NCBI GenBank assembly: GCA_040755995.1
Contig: JBFMAF010000036.1
Location: 279,652-343,651 of the forward strand
Direction of reading: 5' to 3'
Length of the DNA stretch: 64,000 nucleotides
DNA from: Acidobacteriota bacterium
GTDB lineage: Bacteria; Acidobacteriota; CAIWXX01
Shown: piece after piece, positions 1 to 10,353 of the stretch
How the letters are laid out: each line of letters opens with the position of its first letter
Position numbering within the stretch: the stretch's first letter is position 1
The notes under the pieces: generated by a model
The model's input: only the letters and a program-made list of their open reading frames with translations
What the model was told of the DNA's origin: nothing
Database searches by the model: none
Translations under genes and position numbers: made by a program

Positions 1-1
1 C

Positions 2-1276
2 TTCACACCGAGCGAGGATGGGACGCCCCAGGACGATAGAGGGTTGGCAAACGGCAAACCCGCGGGATCGGACGACGTTGACGGAGCCATGCCACAGGAG
101 CTCCTCGCAACGATGGAAGAGGTGCCGCAATTCTCCCGGCCCTACGAACCCGTCGCCTGGGTGAGCGTCGCTCCGGAACGACTGCAGGAGATTCGAGGGG
201 AAGCGTCGGACCACACACTCCCGACTTCGTGCAATGCCCTTCTGAAGCACACCTGCACGTTTCTGCGCGACCCTGACGCTGCCTGGCGTTTCGCGGAGGT
301 GTCGCACCTGTTCGCGGAGGTCCGCGATTTCCTGCTGGCCGGCGAGCGGCTTCCTGATCTCGAGAAACTGGTCGACATGTTGGATGGGCTGGCCACAGGT
401 CCGCCTCCACCGTGGGACCCCGGGAGACGCGATGCGGTGCTTCAAGTGTTGAGCGGATGCCGGGAAAGGCGCGCCATCAAAAGGCTGTTACACACCACGG
501 CGGTGGCTCACCGCGTTGTCCCGCCCGAGCTGGTCCGGTTGGTGGGGCGTCTTTGCAGTGATCCGGTGGAGGTGGTGATGGAGACGCTGGTGGAGGAGCG
601 GAGTCCGGCGGCCCGCGCGCTCGCCAGGCAGCTGCTGGAACACTTCGGGCGGAATCGAGTGGAGGAGCTGCGTGCGCGCTTCGCGAAGCTGCCCGGAAGC
701 ATGGCCAGTGACCTCCTTCGGGTCCTCGCGCACATCGACCTGGACAACTCCGCGATGTTCATCGCCCGGCAGTCCTGGCACACCGACCCCGGTGTTCAAG
801 ACGAGGCGCTGTGGCACCTGGAGAACATTCCCTATTCGGGCCCCCTCGGCAGGCACCTCTTCGAGGCCGCCTGCAGGCTCGATCCGTCACGGCGTGTTCG
901 GGTTTTCAAGCTGATCTTGCAGAGCAAAGACCCGCGTTTTGTCGATCGAATGGCCCGGCACATCGAGCAGCAGGGGGACGTGATTTCTCCGCAGGATGCT
1001 GAGGAGCTCGGGAGGGTGATGGGGCGGCTCGGAGGCACATCTCGGGTCCCGCTCTGGAAGGCGTGGCTCACCCCGGCCGGCTGGATACGCAAGATCTTGC
1101 GAGGCCCGATGGCGTGCCAGATCGCCGCGGCCGGGGCGCTCAGCGAGATTCGCAGTGAGGAGGTGCGGGCGATTCTGGAGGAAGCGGCGGCCTGTGCGAA
1201 GGGTAGCCCGGTCTTGGAATGGATCGAGCGCTCGATAGAGAGGTGGGAGGCCGGCGCAGGGAGGAAATCGAAGTGA
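2..1276 (+). CDS. Alpha-helical (HEAT-repeat-like) hypothetical protein, 5'-truncated by the window edge
   Basis: Frame is open from position 2. Leu/Arg-rich helical repeats (e.g. DPGVQDEALWHL). Its stop overlaps the GTG of the next gene. Confidence 0.6.
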   Translation, partial: FTPSEDGTPQDDRGLANGKPAGSDDVDGAMPQELLATMEEVPQFSRPYEPVAWVSVAPERLQEIRGEASDHTLPTSCNALLKHTCTFLRDPDAAWRFAEVSHLFAEVRDFLLAGERLPDLEKLVDMLDGLATGPPPPWDPGRRDAVLQVLSGCRERRAIKRLLHTTAVAHRVVPPELVRLVGRLCSDPVEVVMETLVEERSPAARALARQLLEHFGRNRVEELRARFAKLPGSMASDLLRVLAHIDLDNSAMFIARQSWHTDPGVQDEALWHLENIPYSGPLGRHLFEAACRLDPSRRVRVFKLILQSKDPRFVDRMARHIEQQGDVISPQDAEELGRVMGRLGGTSRVPLWKAWLTPAGWIRKILRGPMACQIAAAGALSEIRSEEVRAILEEAAACAKGSPVLEWIERSIERWEAGAGRKSK

Positions 1277-2736
1277 GCACGATCTCGACTGGGGTCGCGG
1301 GCCTCGAGCAGGCTCTGGCTCGCGCCGCACTCTCGGATGACCGGGAGCTGGCGGCGAAGGTGCGCGAGGATGGCAGACGGTTCGTGTTTCTATTGGGCGG
1401 GCTCATGCGCATGAGCCGGCTTTACGATCCAGAGAATTCTGCCTACATCTCCCCGTCCAACGACGCCGCCGCGGCCTTGGCTGGACTTGTCGAGCTTCTC
1501 GGCGCGGTCCACATAGTGTGCGTCGAGGACCAGATCTACATCAACGACATCCGCCTGCGCGTGGCCGCGTCGGAGCAGGCGGTGGCCGACAGTTTCATTG
1601 CGAGTCTTGCGGCGCACAAGGTTGGAGGGCTGTCGCTTCACCGCGGGCTGCGCCCAGACCAGGTGAAGCACCTGGCCATGACCCTGGCGCGTCCCCAGGC
1701 AACCTCGGTTCACCCCCTTCAGAGTATCCGCTCTCACCTGGCCTCGCTCACCTCTGTCGAGGTGACGGGAGAATACCGTTTCAGGGTCGCGGGCGAAGGG
1801 GAGAAGAAGAAGAGGGACATGGGCGCGGCGCTCGGGCAATGCGACGCAGTCATAAAGGAGGCACTGAAGAACCTGGGTGCAGATCGCATGCCCAACCCTT
1901 TGCCTGTCAGACGCTCGGTGATCGAACTGCTCGAAGCCATCCGCGCAGACCCGAACGAAGCCCTGGCTTCTTTGCGGCGCAGGCAGGCGGGAATCGCCGG
2001 CCAGCAGCATCTGGTTGCGGTCTCCAGCCAGGCAATGCTTCTCGGCCAGGCACTCGGGCTGTCTGATGCCGACTTGAGCGATCTTGGAGTGGCCGCGATG
2101 CTGCACGACGTCGGCGCGATCACTTGCCCCGACCGGACAGGCCACGCGGCGGCCGGCGCGCGAATCCTCCTGCGGCAGCGCGGCTTCCACGAGGCAAAGG
2201 TCCGCCGCCTCCTGCTAGTCCTGGAACATCATCTCCCTTATGTTCAGTCCGGAGAAAGGGGCGTCGCGCGGGACGACATTCCGTCGCTCTTCGCCCGCAT
2301 AGTACATATTGTTGACGACTACGACGTCCTCACGGCCTCGCTCCCCGGCAAGGTCCCCGCGATGGTGCCTGCCAGGGCTCTCGGCCTCATGTGGGCGGCG
2401 CATACGTACGACCCGGACCTCCTAGCCCTGTTCGTTCAGCTGATGGGTCGCTTGCCTCCGGGCTCTCTCCTCGAGCTTTCGGACGGCAGGTGGGCGGTCA
2501 GCGTTTCGGGCGGACGGGACCGCGAGCGATTCACGTGGCCCGTCGTCCGAATCGTACGCTGCGCGGACGGAACGCCGCCCACGGTGCCCGAAACGATCGA
2601 CCTGTATGAGTCGCGGGCAAGCCTCCGGCCCAAACGCCTGCTGGATCCGACAGCCCGCGAGCAGCGGGATCTCCAGGGCTTGGTCGAGGGTGCACTGAAG
2701 CCTCGGCCCGCGCCCGATTCAAGCCCTCCCGCGTGA
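1273..2736 (+). CDS. HD-domain phosphohydrolase (degenerate HD-GYP-like)
   Basis: LHDVG, HAAAGARIL, EHH and ARIVHIVDDYD motifs; no GYP motif; GTGA overlap with the upstream gene. Confidence 0.75.
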   Translation: MSTISTGVAGLEQALARAALSDDRELAAKVREDGRRFVFLLGGLMRMSRLYDPENSAYISPSNDAAAALAGLVELLGAVHIVCVEDQIYINDIRLRVAASEQAVADSFIASLAAHKVGGLSLHRGLRPDQVKHLAMTLARPQATSVHPLQSIRSHLASLTSVEVTGEYRFRVAGEGEKKKRDMGAALGQCDAVIKEALKNLGADRMPNPLPVRRSVIELLEAIRADPNEALASLRRRQAGIAGQQHLVAVSSQAMLLGQALGLSDADLSDLGVAAMLHDVGAITCPDRTGHAAAGARILLRQRGFHEAKVRRLLLVLEHHLPYVQSGERGVARDDIPSLFARIVHIVDDYDVLTASLPGKVPAMVPARALGLMWAAHTYDPDLLALFVQLMGRLPPGSLLELSDGRWAVSVSGGRDRERFTWPVVRIVRCADGTPPTVPETIDLYESRASLRPKRLLDPTAREQRDLQGLVEGALKPRPAPDSSPPA

Positions 2737-3045
2737 GCCGCGCAGAATCTCGCCGGAGCCAGCCCACGGAATCCGCGGCCCGGATCACAGGAGACATTTC
2801 AAGAGATCTCGCCAGCGTGGGGGCGCCGGAGGAAGAACGACTGCTTCGGACGCTTGAGGAGTCGTGGGACTATCTGCATTCTTACAGGAACGTTGGCCGG
2901 CACCGTCGAGTCGTGATGCTGCCACAGCGGCGTTGCTCGACGAAGGGAGGTCACCCTCCATCATCGCCCGCAGAACCTTCTCCAAGGCTCTCGCGTACTT
3001 AAGGGCGAGTGACCGTGACGGACCGAGAGAAATGAAAGGAACACC

Positions 3046-4383
3046 ATGAGACCGCGAGATTCACTCTGCCTTGCGTTGTTGACGGCGTGCCTCGCCGCGC
3101 TTTCTCTGCCCACGTGCGTCATCGGGCAGGATTCGGCCACACCCGCGCCCGCCGCCATCTCGCATTTCGATCCAGTGGCCGCGACGAATGCGTATCTGGC
3201 AACCGTGCCGCCCGACAAACGGGCTCGTTCCGACGCGTATTTCGAAGGCGGATACTGGCTGCAGTTGTGGGATTTCCTGCTGGGAGCTGGCGTAGCGCTC
3301 ATCCTGCTTGCCGGCAGATTCTCAGCTCGGATGCGGGACCTGGCCGAGAGGCTCACGCGCCGGAAGCCGCTCCAAACGCTTGCTTACTGGATTCAGTATC
3401 TGCTCGTCATCACGATCGTTCTCTTTCCGATGACCGTCTACGAGGGGTTTTTCCGCGAGCACAAGTACGGGCTGGCGACTCAGAACTTCGGCTCGTGGAT
3501 GGGCGATCAGCTGAAGGGCATCCTCGTCGGGCTTGTTCTCGGCGGTATCATTGTCGCCGTCCTTTACGGCGTTGTCAGGAAGCTGCAGCGCACGTGGTGG
3601 CTCTGGGGGGCGGTTGTCTCGATAGTGTTTCTCGCTCTTGTGCAGCTGATCGCTCCGATCTACATATCGCCGCTCTTCAACAAGTACACCAGGCTCACCG
3701 ATCCAGCGGTCCGCGACCCAATACTGAGGCTGGCCCATTCCAATGGGATCGAAGCAGATGATGTGTATGTCATGGACGCGTCAAGACAGACGACGCGCAT
3801 CTCCGCCAACGTAAGCGGCTTTCTAGGAACCGAGCGGATTACGCTCAACGACAACCTGCTGAATCGCTGCTCGCTCGGCGAGGTCGAAACTGTGATGGCT
3901 CACGAAATCGGTCATGCCGTCTTGCACCATGTTTACGGCGGGCTCTTTTTCTTTTCCGTGATCCTGGCAATCGGTTTTGCCTACCTGCGATGGGCATTCG
4001 ACTGGGTGGTGAAACGGAAGGGGACGGCCTGGGGTATCAGGGGAATCGGGGACGTGGCCGGCCTGCCCCTTGTCGTGCTCCTGTTCTCGATCTTCTTCTT
4101 CGTCCTGACGCCAATCATCAATACGTACGTGCGGACGATAGAGGCCGAGGCGGACCTGTTCGCGTTGAATGCGGCCCGCCAACCCGATGCCGAGGCGCTG
4201 GTTGACCTGAAGCTCGGGGAGTACAGAAAGCTGGATCCGGGACCGATCGAGGAGTTCCTTTTCTTCGACCATCCGAGCGGCCGGAGCAGGATCTTCATGG
4301 CGATGCGGTGGAAGGCCTTCAACAAGGCGGCCGCAGCACAGGCGGGCGCGCCCGCCACTTCGCAGAATCAGCGAATGCAGTAG
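3046..4383 (+). CDS. M48 family (Ste24/CAAX-type) membrane zinc metalloprotease
   Basis: HEIGH zinc motif, EAEAD, DHPS, multiple TM segments; AAAGGA RBS. Confidence 0.9.
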   Translation: MRPRDSLCLALLTACLAALSLPTCVIGQDSATPAPAAISHFDPVAATNAYLATVPPDKRARSDAYFEGGYWLQLWDFLLGAGVALILLAGRFSARMRDLAERLTRRKPLQTLAYWIQYLLVITIVLFPMTVYEGFFREHKYGLATQNFGSWMGDQLKGILVGLVLGGIIVAVLYGVVRKLQRTWWLWGAVVSIVFLALVQLIAPIYISPLFNKYTRLTDPAVRDPILRLAHSNGIEADDVYVMDASRQTTRISANVSGFLGTERITLNDNLLNRCSLGEVETVMAHEIGHAVLHHVYGGLFFFSVILAIGFAYLRWAFDWVVKRKGTAWGIRGIGDVAGLPLVVLLFSIFFFVLTPIINTYVRTIEAEADLFALNAARQPDAEALVDLKLGEYRKLDPGPIEEFLFFDHPSGRSRIFMAMRWKAFNKAAAAQAGAPATSQNQRMQ

Positions 4384-4394
4384 TCAGCTTTGTG

Positions 4395-4445
4395 GAGGGA
4401 GGCGCCCAGGAGCGCCGCACCGAGATCCTGGCACGCCTGACGCTC
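4395..4445 (+). repeat. 51-bp direct repeat, copy A
   Basis: 46/51 identical to 6707-6757; abuts the stop codon of the phosphoesterase gene. Confidence 0.85.
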
Positions 4446-6608
4446 TTACGGCTGAGAACTCTGGATGACCCTCGTGTAGGTGACGTTGCCGCTTTCGTCC
4501 ATGTTCTGCGCGGTGGCGGTGTCACCGTCGATGGTCCACAGGGTCCAGCGGCCGTTTCCGGTCCGGACGCATCCGGAGGCTCCATCCAGCCACTGGACGA
4601 TCCCCCCCACGGTGAAGCTGTCGTCGAAGATGTGAACGTGGCCGCAGATGTAAGCGTCCACGCCGTGGGCTTGTAGGACCTGCCAGAACCTGTCCCGCTG
4701 GCTCTTGTACGTGCCGAGAGAAGCCACGCCGAGCCACGCTGGGCATGTGAGGATGGCTCCGTCGGCCCCCACGGCGGTGTACTCCGATGCCTTCAGTTCG
4801 TCAGGGAACCAGTGTTCGATCCCCAGGAGGTTCGACCTGGTGCCGGAATTCTGGGAGACCCATTCGACACCGTCCTCGGAGGTGAGCACCGCGCCCCCGT
4901 CCCCCATGACGACAAAAATGTGTGCGCAGGTGACCGCGTTCAAGTTGGATGATACACCCGAGACCTGCGGACTCCACCTCAGGGTGTCCTGGGATGTCAG
5001 GATGGTCCCCGCATCCCCCACGGCTGCGAAGAGGGGCATCCCACTGGCGGAGCCGCTGGTGACACCGCCGAGGTCCGCCGTCGTGGGTGAGGCCTGGGCC
5101 GTCCACGTCTTGGCATCGTGGGACGTCAGGATCGTCCCGCCGTTACCCACCGCAATGTAGTATGTGTGACCGCCCTCCGTGGCGCCTTGCGTGACGGCGT
5201 TGAGGTTGTGGTTCGTGCCGGAGGTTTCGGCGGTCCATGTGACGCCGTCGGGGGAAGTGAGGATCGTGCCATCATTGCCCACGGCAACGTAGAGAGTGCT
5301 ACCCGAGAAGACACCGTTTAGATGGTGCACCGTGCCGGAGGCGCGCTGCGTCCAGGTGCTTCCGGTGAGCGGGCAGGTCAAGATCGTGCCGGAGTCGCCC
5401 ACGGCAACCAGAAGGGAGCCGGCGGCCACTCCCCGCAGCGTGGCGGTGGTTCCCGAAGTCTGTGCTGTCCAGTTCACGCCGTCCTCTGACGACAGGATCG
5501 TGCCGGACGACCCGACGGCCGCCCGGTTGGCGACGGCGTACAGGGTGGACTGCGTTCCCGAGTGGCTGGCGGTCCACCGGATCCCATCCGGCGCCCACGC
5601 CTCGGGGTGCCCGAAGACGAAGATGTGGCGGACGAGCGCCTGCTGGGCCGCCGCGAGGTCCGCGTCCAGCCAGTCGATGACCGCGTCGTGCAGGTCGTAG
5701 AGATCGTCGTAGGAGGTCTTCGCGTTCGCGTCATAATGACAGGCGTCAATGGAGGCCACGTGGGTGTTCTGGTAGGTGAAGGAAAAGGCCGTTCCGAGAT
5801 AGCCCGGTGGGCCGTTCTGCGGCTGGCCCGGAAACTCCTGGTTGAAGAGCGAGTAAGGATCAAACGCAGGCGTACAGGAAGCGTCGTTCCCCGATCCCAG
5901 GCCGCTGCAAGCGGGGTGCATCTCATGGTTTCCGGGGCTGATTGTGAAGGGGTACTGAGTGAAGGCGGCCGTTTCGATCAGCGGCTGGATCGCAGCTTTG
6001 AACACGCTGTACATCTGCTGGGTGGTGGCCAGGTCGCTGTTCCCGTAGAAGAGGTCCCCCACGTGGATCGTGAAGGCCGGCCTCTTGGCGATGGCCGCGT
6101 TCACGATGTTCTGGAAGGATGGCGTCACATGCTGCGAATCGTCCTCCGCGGACCCACCCCGGTTGTCCCCCATGTCCGCAAACGTGAAGGGAGCATCGCT
6201 GTAATCAGCCGTCGTGAAGGTGTGATCCCTGGACTTGGCTCTTCCAGTCTTCACCTTGTAGTGGAAAGTCGTGTTCTGTGGCAGGCGGGTGATTTCCACG
6301 GAGTGATCCAACGTAGCCGCCCTTTCGGTGCGGGTCTTGGAGTAATGGCCCTTACTCGTTCCCCACTTGACCGACCCCGCCTTGGCCTTGTCCGTCGTCC
6401 ACGTCACAGTGACCTTGCTTCCGGAGATCTTGTGGACTTCGGGTCCGTGCGTGATATGAATTCTGCTTCCGGTTTGGGCTATGAGAGGCAGTCCTGCTAT
6501 CGATACCAGGACTCCCGCGGCCACGAGCGCCATGGAAAGCCACCTCAAGCTACGTGATCCACAATTCTGACTGACGGTCGTCCCCCGGTGCACCCTTCGC
6601 TCTCTCAT
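4446..6608 (-). CDS. Secreted purple-acid-phosphatase-like metallophosphoesterase with FN3 domain and inserted 7-blade beta-propeller
   Basis: GDNRG, GDLFY, GNHE, FGH and GHVH motifs; seven WT..SGT..L..V...AVG..GTILTS repeats; GGGAGG RBS before ATG 6608. Confidence 0.85.
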   Translation of the reverse strand: MRERRVHRGTTVSQNCGSRSLRWLSMALVAAGVLVSIAGLPLIAQTGSRIHITHGPEVHKISGSKVTVTWTTDKAKAGSVKWGTSKGHYSKTRTERAATLDHSVEITRLPQNTTFHYKVKTGRAKSRDHTFTTADYSDAPFTFADMGDNRGGSAEDDSQHVTPSFQNIVNAAIAKRPAFTIHVGDLFYGNSDLATTQQMYSVFKAAIQPLIETAAFTQYPFTISPGNHEMHPACSGLGSGNDASCTPAFDPYSLFNQEFPGQPQNGPPGYLGTAFSFTYQNTHVASIDACHYDANAKTSYDDLYDLHDAVIDWLDADLAAAQQALVRHIFVFGHPEAWAPDGIRWTASHSGTQSTLYAVANRAAVGSSGTILSSEDGVNWTAQTSGTTATLRGVAAGSLLVAVGDSGTILTCPLTGSTWTQRASGTVHHLNGVFSGSTLYVAVGNDGTILTSPDGVTWTAETSGTNHNLNAVTQGATEGGHTYYIAVGNGGTILTSHDAKTWTAQASPTTADLGGVTSGSASGMPLFAAVGDAGTILTSQDTLRWSPQVSGVSSNLNAVTCAHIFVVMGDGGAVLTSEDGVEWVSQNSGTRSNLLGIEHWFPDELKASEYTAVGADGAILTCPAWLGVASLGTYKSQRDRFWQVLQAHGVDAYICGHVHIFDDSFTVGGIVQWLDGASGCVRTGNGRWTLWTIDGDTATAQNMDESGNVTYTRVIQSSQP

Positions 6609-6706
6609 GCGTCGCGTGCCTCCCTGAAGCAATGTTATCACGCCTACACCGCCGCGGCTACGAGTCTTCAGCGGTTCGGGCCGTAGTCAGTTGACTGCGC
6701 GACGTC

Positions 6707-6757
6707 GAGGGAAGCGCCCAGGAGCGCCCTGCCGAGATCCTGGCACGCCAGACGCTC
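6707..6757 (+). repeat. 51-bp direct repeat, copy B
   Basis: 46/51 identical to 4395-4445. Confidence 0.85.
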
Positions 6758-7190
6758 GCCCGTGTCCCAGAGCACCACGGTGTGGCTCTTGACCAGGCAG
6801 GCGACAACCCCAGTGACCCGGTCCCGCGGGAGGAAGCGGCAGCTCACGAGCAATGGGAAGTCGCCGGCGGCCCGACACTATAGAGGACCCCTCGTCGTTC
6901 GTTGCAGAGGTAGGGCCTCCCGCTGGTCCCAGGCTTGCGAGGCGCCCGCTATTGGTGCTGCTTGCCCGACCGTTGTCGAGCAGATAGACCGAAGCTCCGG
7001 GCGCGTAATTGCTGCTTGCCAGGGGTGCGAACCTGCCTACCGATGCCACGCACGGCAAGCGGAGGAGCTGGCCGCGACCGTGTAGGCCGGCGGAGCACGC
7101 CACGTGGCTGCGACCGCCAGATTGGCCAATTCTCTCACGGATTCCGCTCTTGAAAGTGTGACGATCACAACAATCGAGAAGGAGTGGCAC

Positions 7191-9368
7191 ATGAGAAAGC
7201 GGACGGTTGTTTGCGCGTTGAGCCTGTTGGCCTTGGCGGCTGGCGCCAGGTACCTCATGGTGAGGGCCGATCCGGGGCGGCATCATCCAGCGGGACACTC
7301 ACATGGTGGAACCGGGGATATCGCCAAACTTGAGCAGGAATCGAGGGAGAGGGGCTACGGCGGCATGTTCCTGTGCCGGAAAACGGCAGGGGGCGTAGTT
7401 CAGGAGCTTCTCGGCCGCTTCACCTCCGACGCCCGAAGCGGATTCGAAAACGCGGTCATCACTTTCGTGAAGGAGCAGAAGAGCCTGTTCGAGATACGCG
7501 ATATGGATGCGGAATTCGAGAAGAAGTATGTATCTACGGACGGCCAAGGCATGATGCACCTGCGGATGCGCCAGATGTATAGAGGCCTACCCGTGCTCGA
7601 CCGTGTCCTGATTGCCCGCGCGGACCGTGATGGATGTCTCAACTGGATATGGACCAACTATCGGCCTTCGATCGACATATCCACCAGCCCAGTGGTGTCC
7701 CCCGAGAGCGCCGTCGAGAGCATTCGGGCCAGGAACGAGGCGGCGGATTCCAGAATGGCCCAGACAGACTTGGCGATATACGTCAACGACAGGCAGCGCC
7801 CAACACTAGTGCATCGCATATGGATGGGAATTGGGCTGGGTGCCTTCGAGTACCTGGTCGACGCGACCAACGGGAGGATCCTCGAGAAGACCCCCCTTTT
7901 CCGAACCGCGGCGACAAAGGGGACAGGGAGAAACGCACTGGGCCAGACCATCACCAATCTGAACATGTGGCAAAGAGAGGACTTCCCTCGCGACGCAGAT
8001 TGGGACAGCGAGATGATGGCGGCGAGGAAGGGCGCCTTCAACCTCGTCGACCTCAGCAAGCCAAGACTTGGCGCCATATACACCATGACATGTTACAGGA
8101 CGTGGTACAACCCCTGGGATTTCGTACGAAGTGCAAACAATCAGTTCTTCTCGGCCACCAGGTCCGACTCGCATCCGAGGGGTGTGAGCGTGCACGACTA
8201 TTTCAGGCGGACGCTGGACTATTTCGACCATGAGCATCTCCGGAACGGGATGGATGACCAGGGGCAGAATGTGATCGCGACCGTCGACACGGGTGACGAT
8301 CCGAGAACGGGTGGTGATGAGAGTGCGAACGCCGCGTGGGAGAGTCGGTTCGAGAGGTTCTTTTTCGGAGTGTACGGCGGCGATCGTCCGTTTTCCGCCG
8401 CGCTGGATGTGGTCGCTCACGAGTACACACATGCTGTCACGGACCATACGTCCAATTTGCGATACGAGAATCAGTCGGGAGCCCTGAACGAGTCCATCTC
8501 AGACATCTTCGGCACTCTGGTCGAACACGACAAGGATCCGAAGAGATCTGATTGGTTGATGGGCGAAGACTGCTACCTCTACGGTGATGCGGTGCGTAAC
8601 ATGGCAAACCCAAAGCAGTATGCGCAGCCCGACACCGTCGGGGGCCAGTACTATGTTCCACCAACTCCATACCCAAGCGAGGCCAATGACTATGGAGGCG
8701 TTCACACTAACTCTGGGATTCCGAACAAGGCGTTCTACCTCATGTGCGTGGGAGGCACGCATAACGGCATCAAGGTTGCTCCCATCTACAACTACCCAGG
8801 GTACGAATGGTTCAGCGAATACATGGCAGGGTACTTTTTCTATGCTCTGGACTTGAGCCTGGCCCCGAGAGATGACTTCATGGCCGCGCGGAGCAAGATG
8901 TTGGCCTACCTCAGCGGCGGATACCCTGGGACGTGGGAGTACTACTCGAGCGTACAGAACGCCTGGGCAGCGGTCGGCGTCGGAAAGCCTTGGGACCAGT
9001 GGGAGCCAAACAACACACGGGCCCAAGCAACGCCACTGCGCAATCATGCGCAGACCGAAGGATACATCGTTTCGGATTACGATTACGGCGGTACCGACGA
9101 TGAGGACTTCTTCAAGATCGGCCCGCTGGTCGGAAGCGTAGACATAAAGGCCACCCTCACCAACTTGCCCAAGGACTACGATCTTGAACTCTTGGACTAC
9201 TCGGGGAATGTTCTCATACGGTCGGACAATGCGGGCACAGCGGATGAGGGGCTGGCGTACGGATATCGCGTGTACGGCTACCTGGCCTACTACCTATACC
9301 TTCGCGTCTATGGATACGATCACGCGGGGAGCATGGAGAAGTCTTACACCCTGACGGCGACTTGGTGA
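7191..9368 (+). CDS. M4 (thermolysin-like) prepro-metallopeptidase with C-terminal PPC-like domain
   Basis: Signal peptide, propeptide, HEYTH, ALNES, GVHTNSG; C-terminal EPNNT...DEDFF...YYLRV; AGGAG RBS. Confidence 0.9.
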   Translation: MRKRTVVCALSLLALAAGARYLMVRADPGRHHPAGHSHGGTGDIAKLEQESRERGYGGMFLCRKTAGGVVQELLGRFTSDARSGFENAVITFVKEQKSLFEIRDMDAEFEKKYVSTDGQGMMHLRMRQMYRGLPVLDRVLIARADRDGCLNWIWTNYRPSIDISTSPVVSPESAVESIRARNEAADSRMAQTDLAIYVNDRQRPTLVHRIWMGIGLGAFEYLVDATNGRILEKTPLFRTAATKGTGRNALGQTITNLNMWQREDFPRDADWDSEMMAARKGAFNLVDLSKPRLGAIYTMTCYRTWYNPWDFVRSANNQFFSATRSDSHPRGVSVHDYFRRTLDYFDHEHLRNGMDDQGQNVIATVDTGDDPRTGGDESANAAWESRFERFFFGVYGGDRPFSAALDVVAHEYTHAVTDHTSNLRYENQSGALNESISDIFGTLVEHDKDPKRSDWLMGEDCYLYGDAVRNMANPKQYAQPDTVGGQYYVPPTPYPSEANDYGGVHTNSGIPNKAFYLMCVGGTHNGIKVAPIYNYPGYEWFSEYMAGYFFYALDLSLAPRDDFMAARSKMLAYLSGGYPGTWEYYSSVQNAWAAVGVGKPWDQWEPNNTRAQATPLRNHAQTEGYIVSDYDYGGTDDEDFFKIGPLVGSVDIKATLTNLPKDYDLELLDYSGNVLIRSDNAGTADEGLAYGYRVYGYLAYYLYLRVYGYDHAGSMEKSYTLTATW

Positions 9369-9611
9369 CGGAAACGCCGTGGCGCTTGGGAGCCTCCTTA
9401 GCCATTTCGAAGGGCTTTGTCTTCTCTGAGATCGTGGGGGGCGCAACTCGGTATAGCGCGTACGGAGGTTGCGCTCCACTGCGAGCTTCGCGGCTTCGTG
9501 TGTCTTGGGTCGATCCGGCGCTCCGCTCAGGCTCGCGGACTCACGTCCCTCCTGCACCCTCCGTCTTGTGGCTGAACCAACAGACCCGCCGACCCGGCCG
9601 ACTGCCTCGGA

Positions 9612-9640
9612 TTGACAAACCGCCCCTTACAATCGACAAT
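9612..9640 (+). promoter_or_regulatory. Putative sigma70 promoter of the ECF sigma gene
   Basis: TTGACA-N17-GACAAT. Confidence 0.45.
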
Positions 9641-9652
9641 TGCCTGATAGTG

Positions 9653-10249
9653 ATGCACGCCGGAGACCACCTTGGGGATGATCTGACCAGGTTGCTGGAA
9701 CGCTGGGGGAGCGGCGATGAGGCCGCTCGGGAGGAGCTGATGCGTCTCTTGTATGATCAGCTCAAGACCATGGCACACCGTTGTATGAGGAGCGAGCGCC
9801 CCGACCATACGCTCCAACCCACCGAGATCGTTCACGAGGCGTATTTGAGGCTCTGCGGGGTCCAGGGTCTTCGTTGGGAAAGCCGGGCCCAGTTCTTCGC
9901 GTTCGCAGCACAGGTGATGCGCCACATCCTCGTGGACCACGCGCGCAGAAGGAGAGCCGCGAAGCGATCCTGGGGGGTGGAAAGGCTCAGCGCAGAGATG
10001 CTGGCAGAACACGGCCGGGACAAAACCGTGGATGTGCTGGAGTTGGAGCGGGCACTGGAGCGGCTGGAGAAGATAGATCTCCGGCAGAGCCGTATCGTCG
10101 AATTGCGCTACTTTGCAGGTATGACGCTTGAAGAAGTCGCGTCCGTGATTGGTGTCTCCAGTTCCACCGTCAAGACAGATTGGGACATGGCCAGGGCCTG
10201 GTTGAGGCGTCAGATGCGGCGCCAAGACGGGAATTCCACCGCGCGCTGA
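9653..10249 (+). CDS. ECF sigma factor (kinase-associated type)
   Basis: DHTLQPTEIVHEAYLRL, MRHILVDHARR, VELRYFAGMTLEE, W.MARAWL. Confidence 0.92.
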   Translation: MHAGDHLGDDLTRLLERWGSGDEAAREELMRLLYDQLKTMAHRCMRSERPDHTLQPTEIVHEAYLRLCGVQGLRWESRAQFFAFAAQVMRHILVDHARRRRAAKRSWGVERLSAEMLAEHGRDKTVDVLELERALERLEKIDLRQSRIVELRYFAGMTLEEVASVIGVSSSTVKTDWDMARAWLRRQMRRQDGNSTAR

Positions 10250-10291
10250 CGGTCCGGTAGCGCTCACACCCCTCACGCACGCCTCCCAGGA

Positions 10292-10320
10292 TTGACACAC
10301 ACTTGCCACTGACGTATGGT
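10292..10320 (+). promoter_or_regulatory. Putative sigma70 promoter of the kinase gene
   Basis: TTGACA-N17-TATGGT, upstream of TTG 10354. Confidence 0.45.
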
Positions 10321-10353
10321 CCCGGGCAAACAGACCGGGCAGGGGGACCGAGT

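Noticed and set aside
2733..3049. Short ORFs between the HD protein and the M48 peptidase
   Set aside because: Possibly a frameshifted relic, but no recognisable family.
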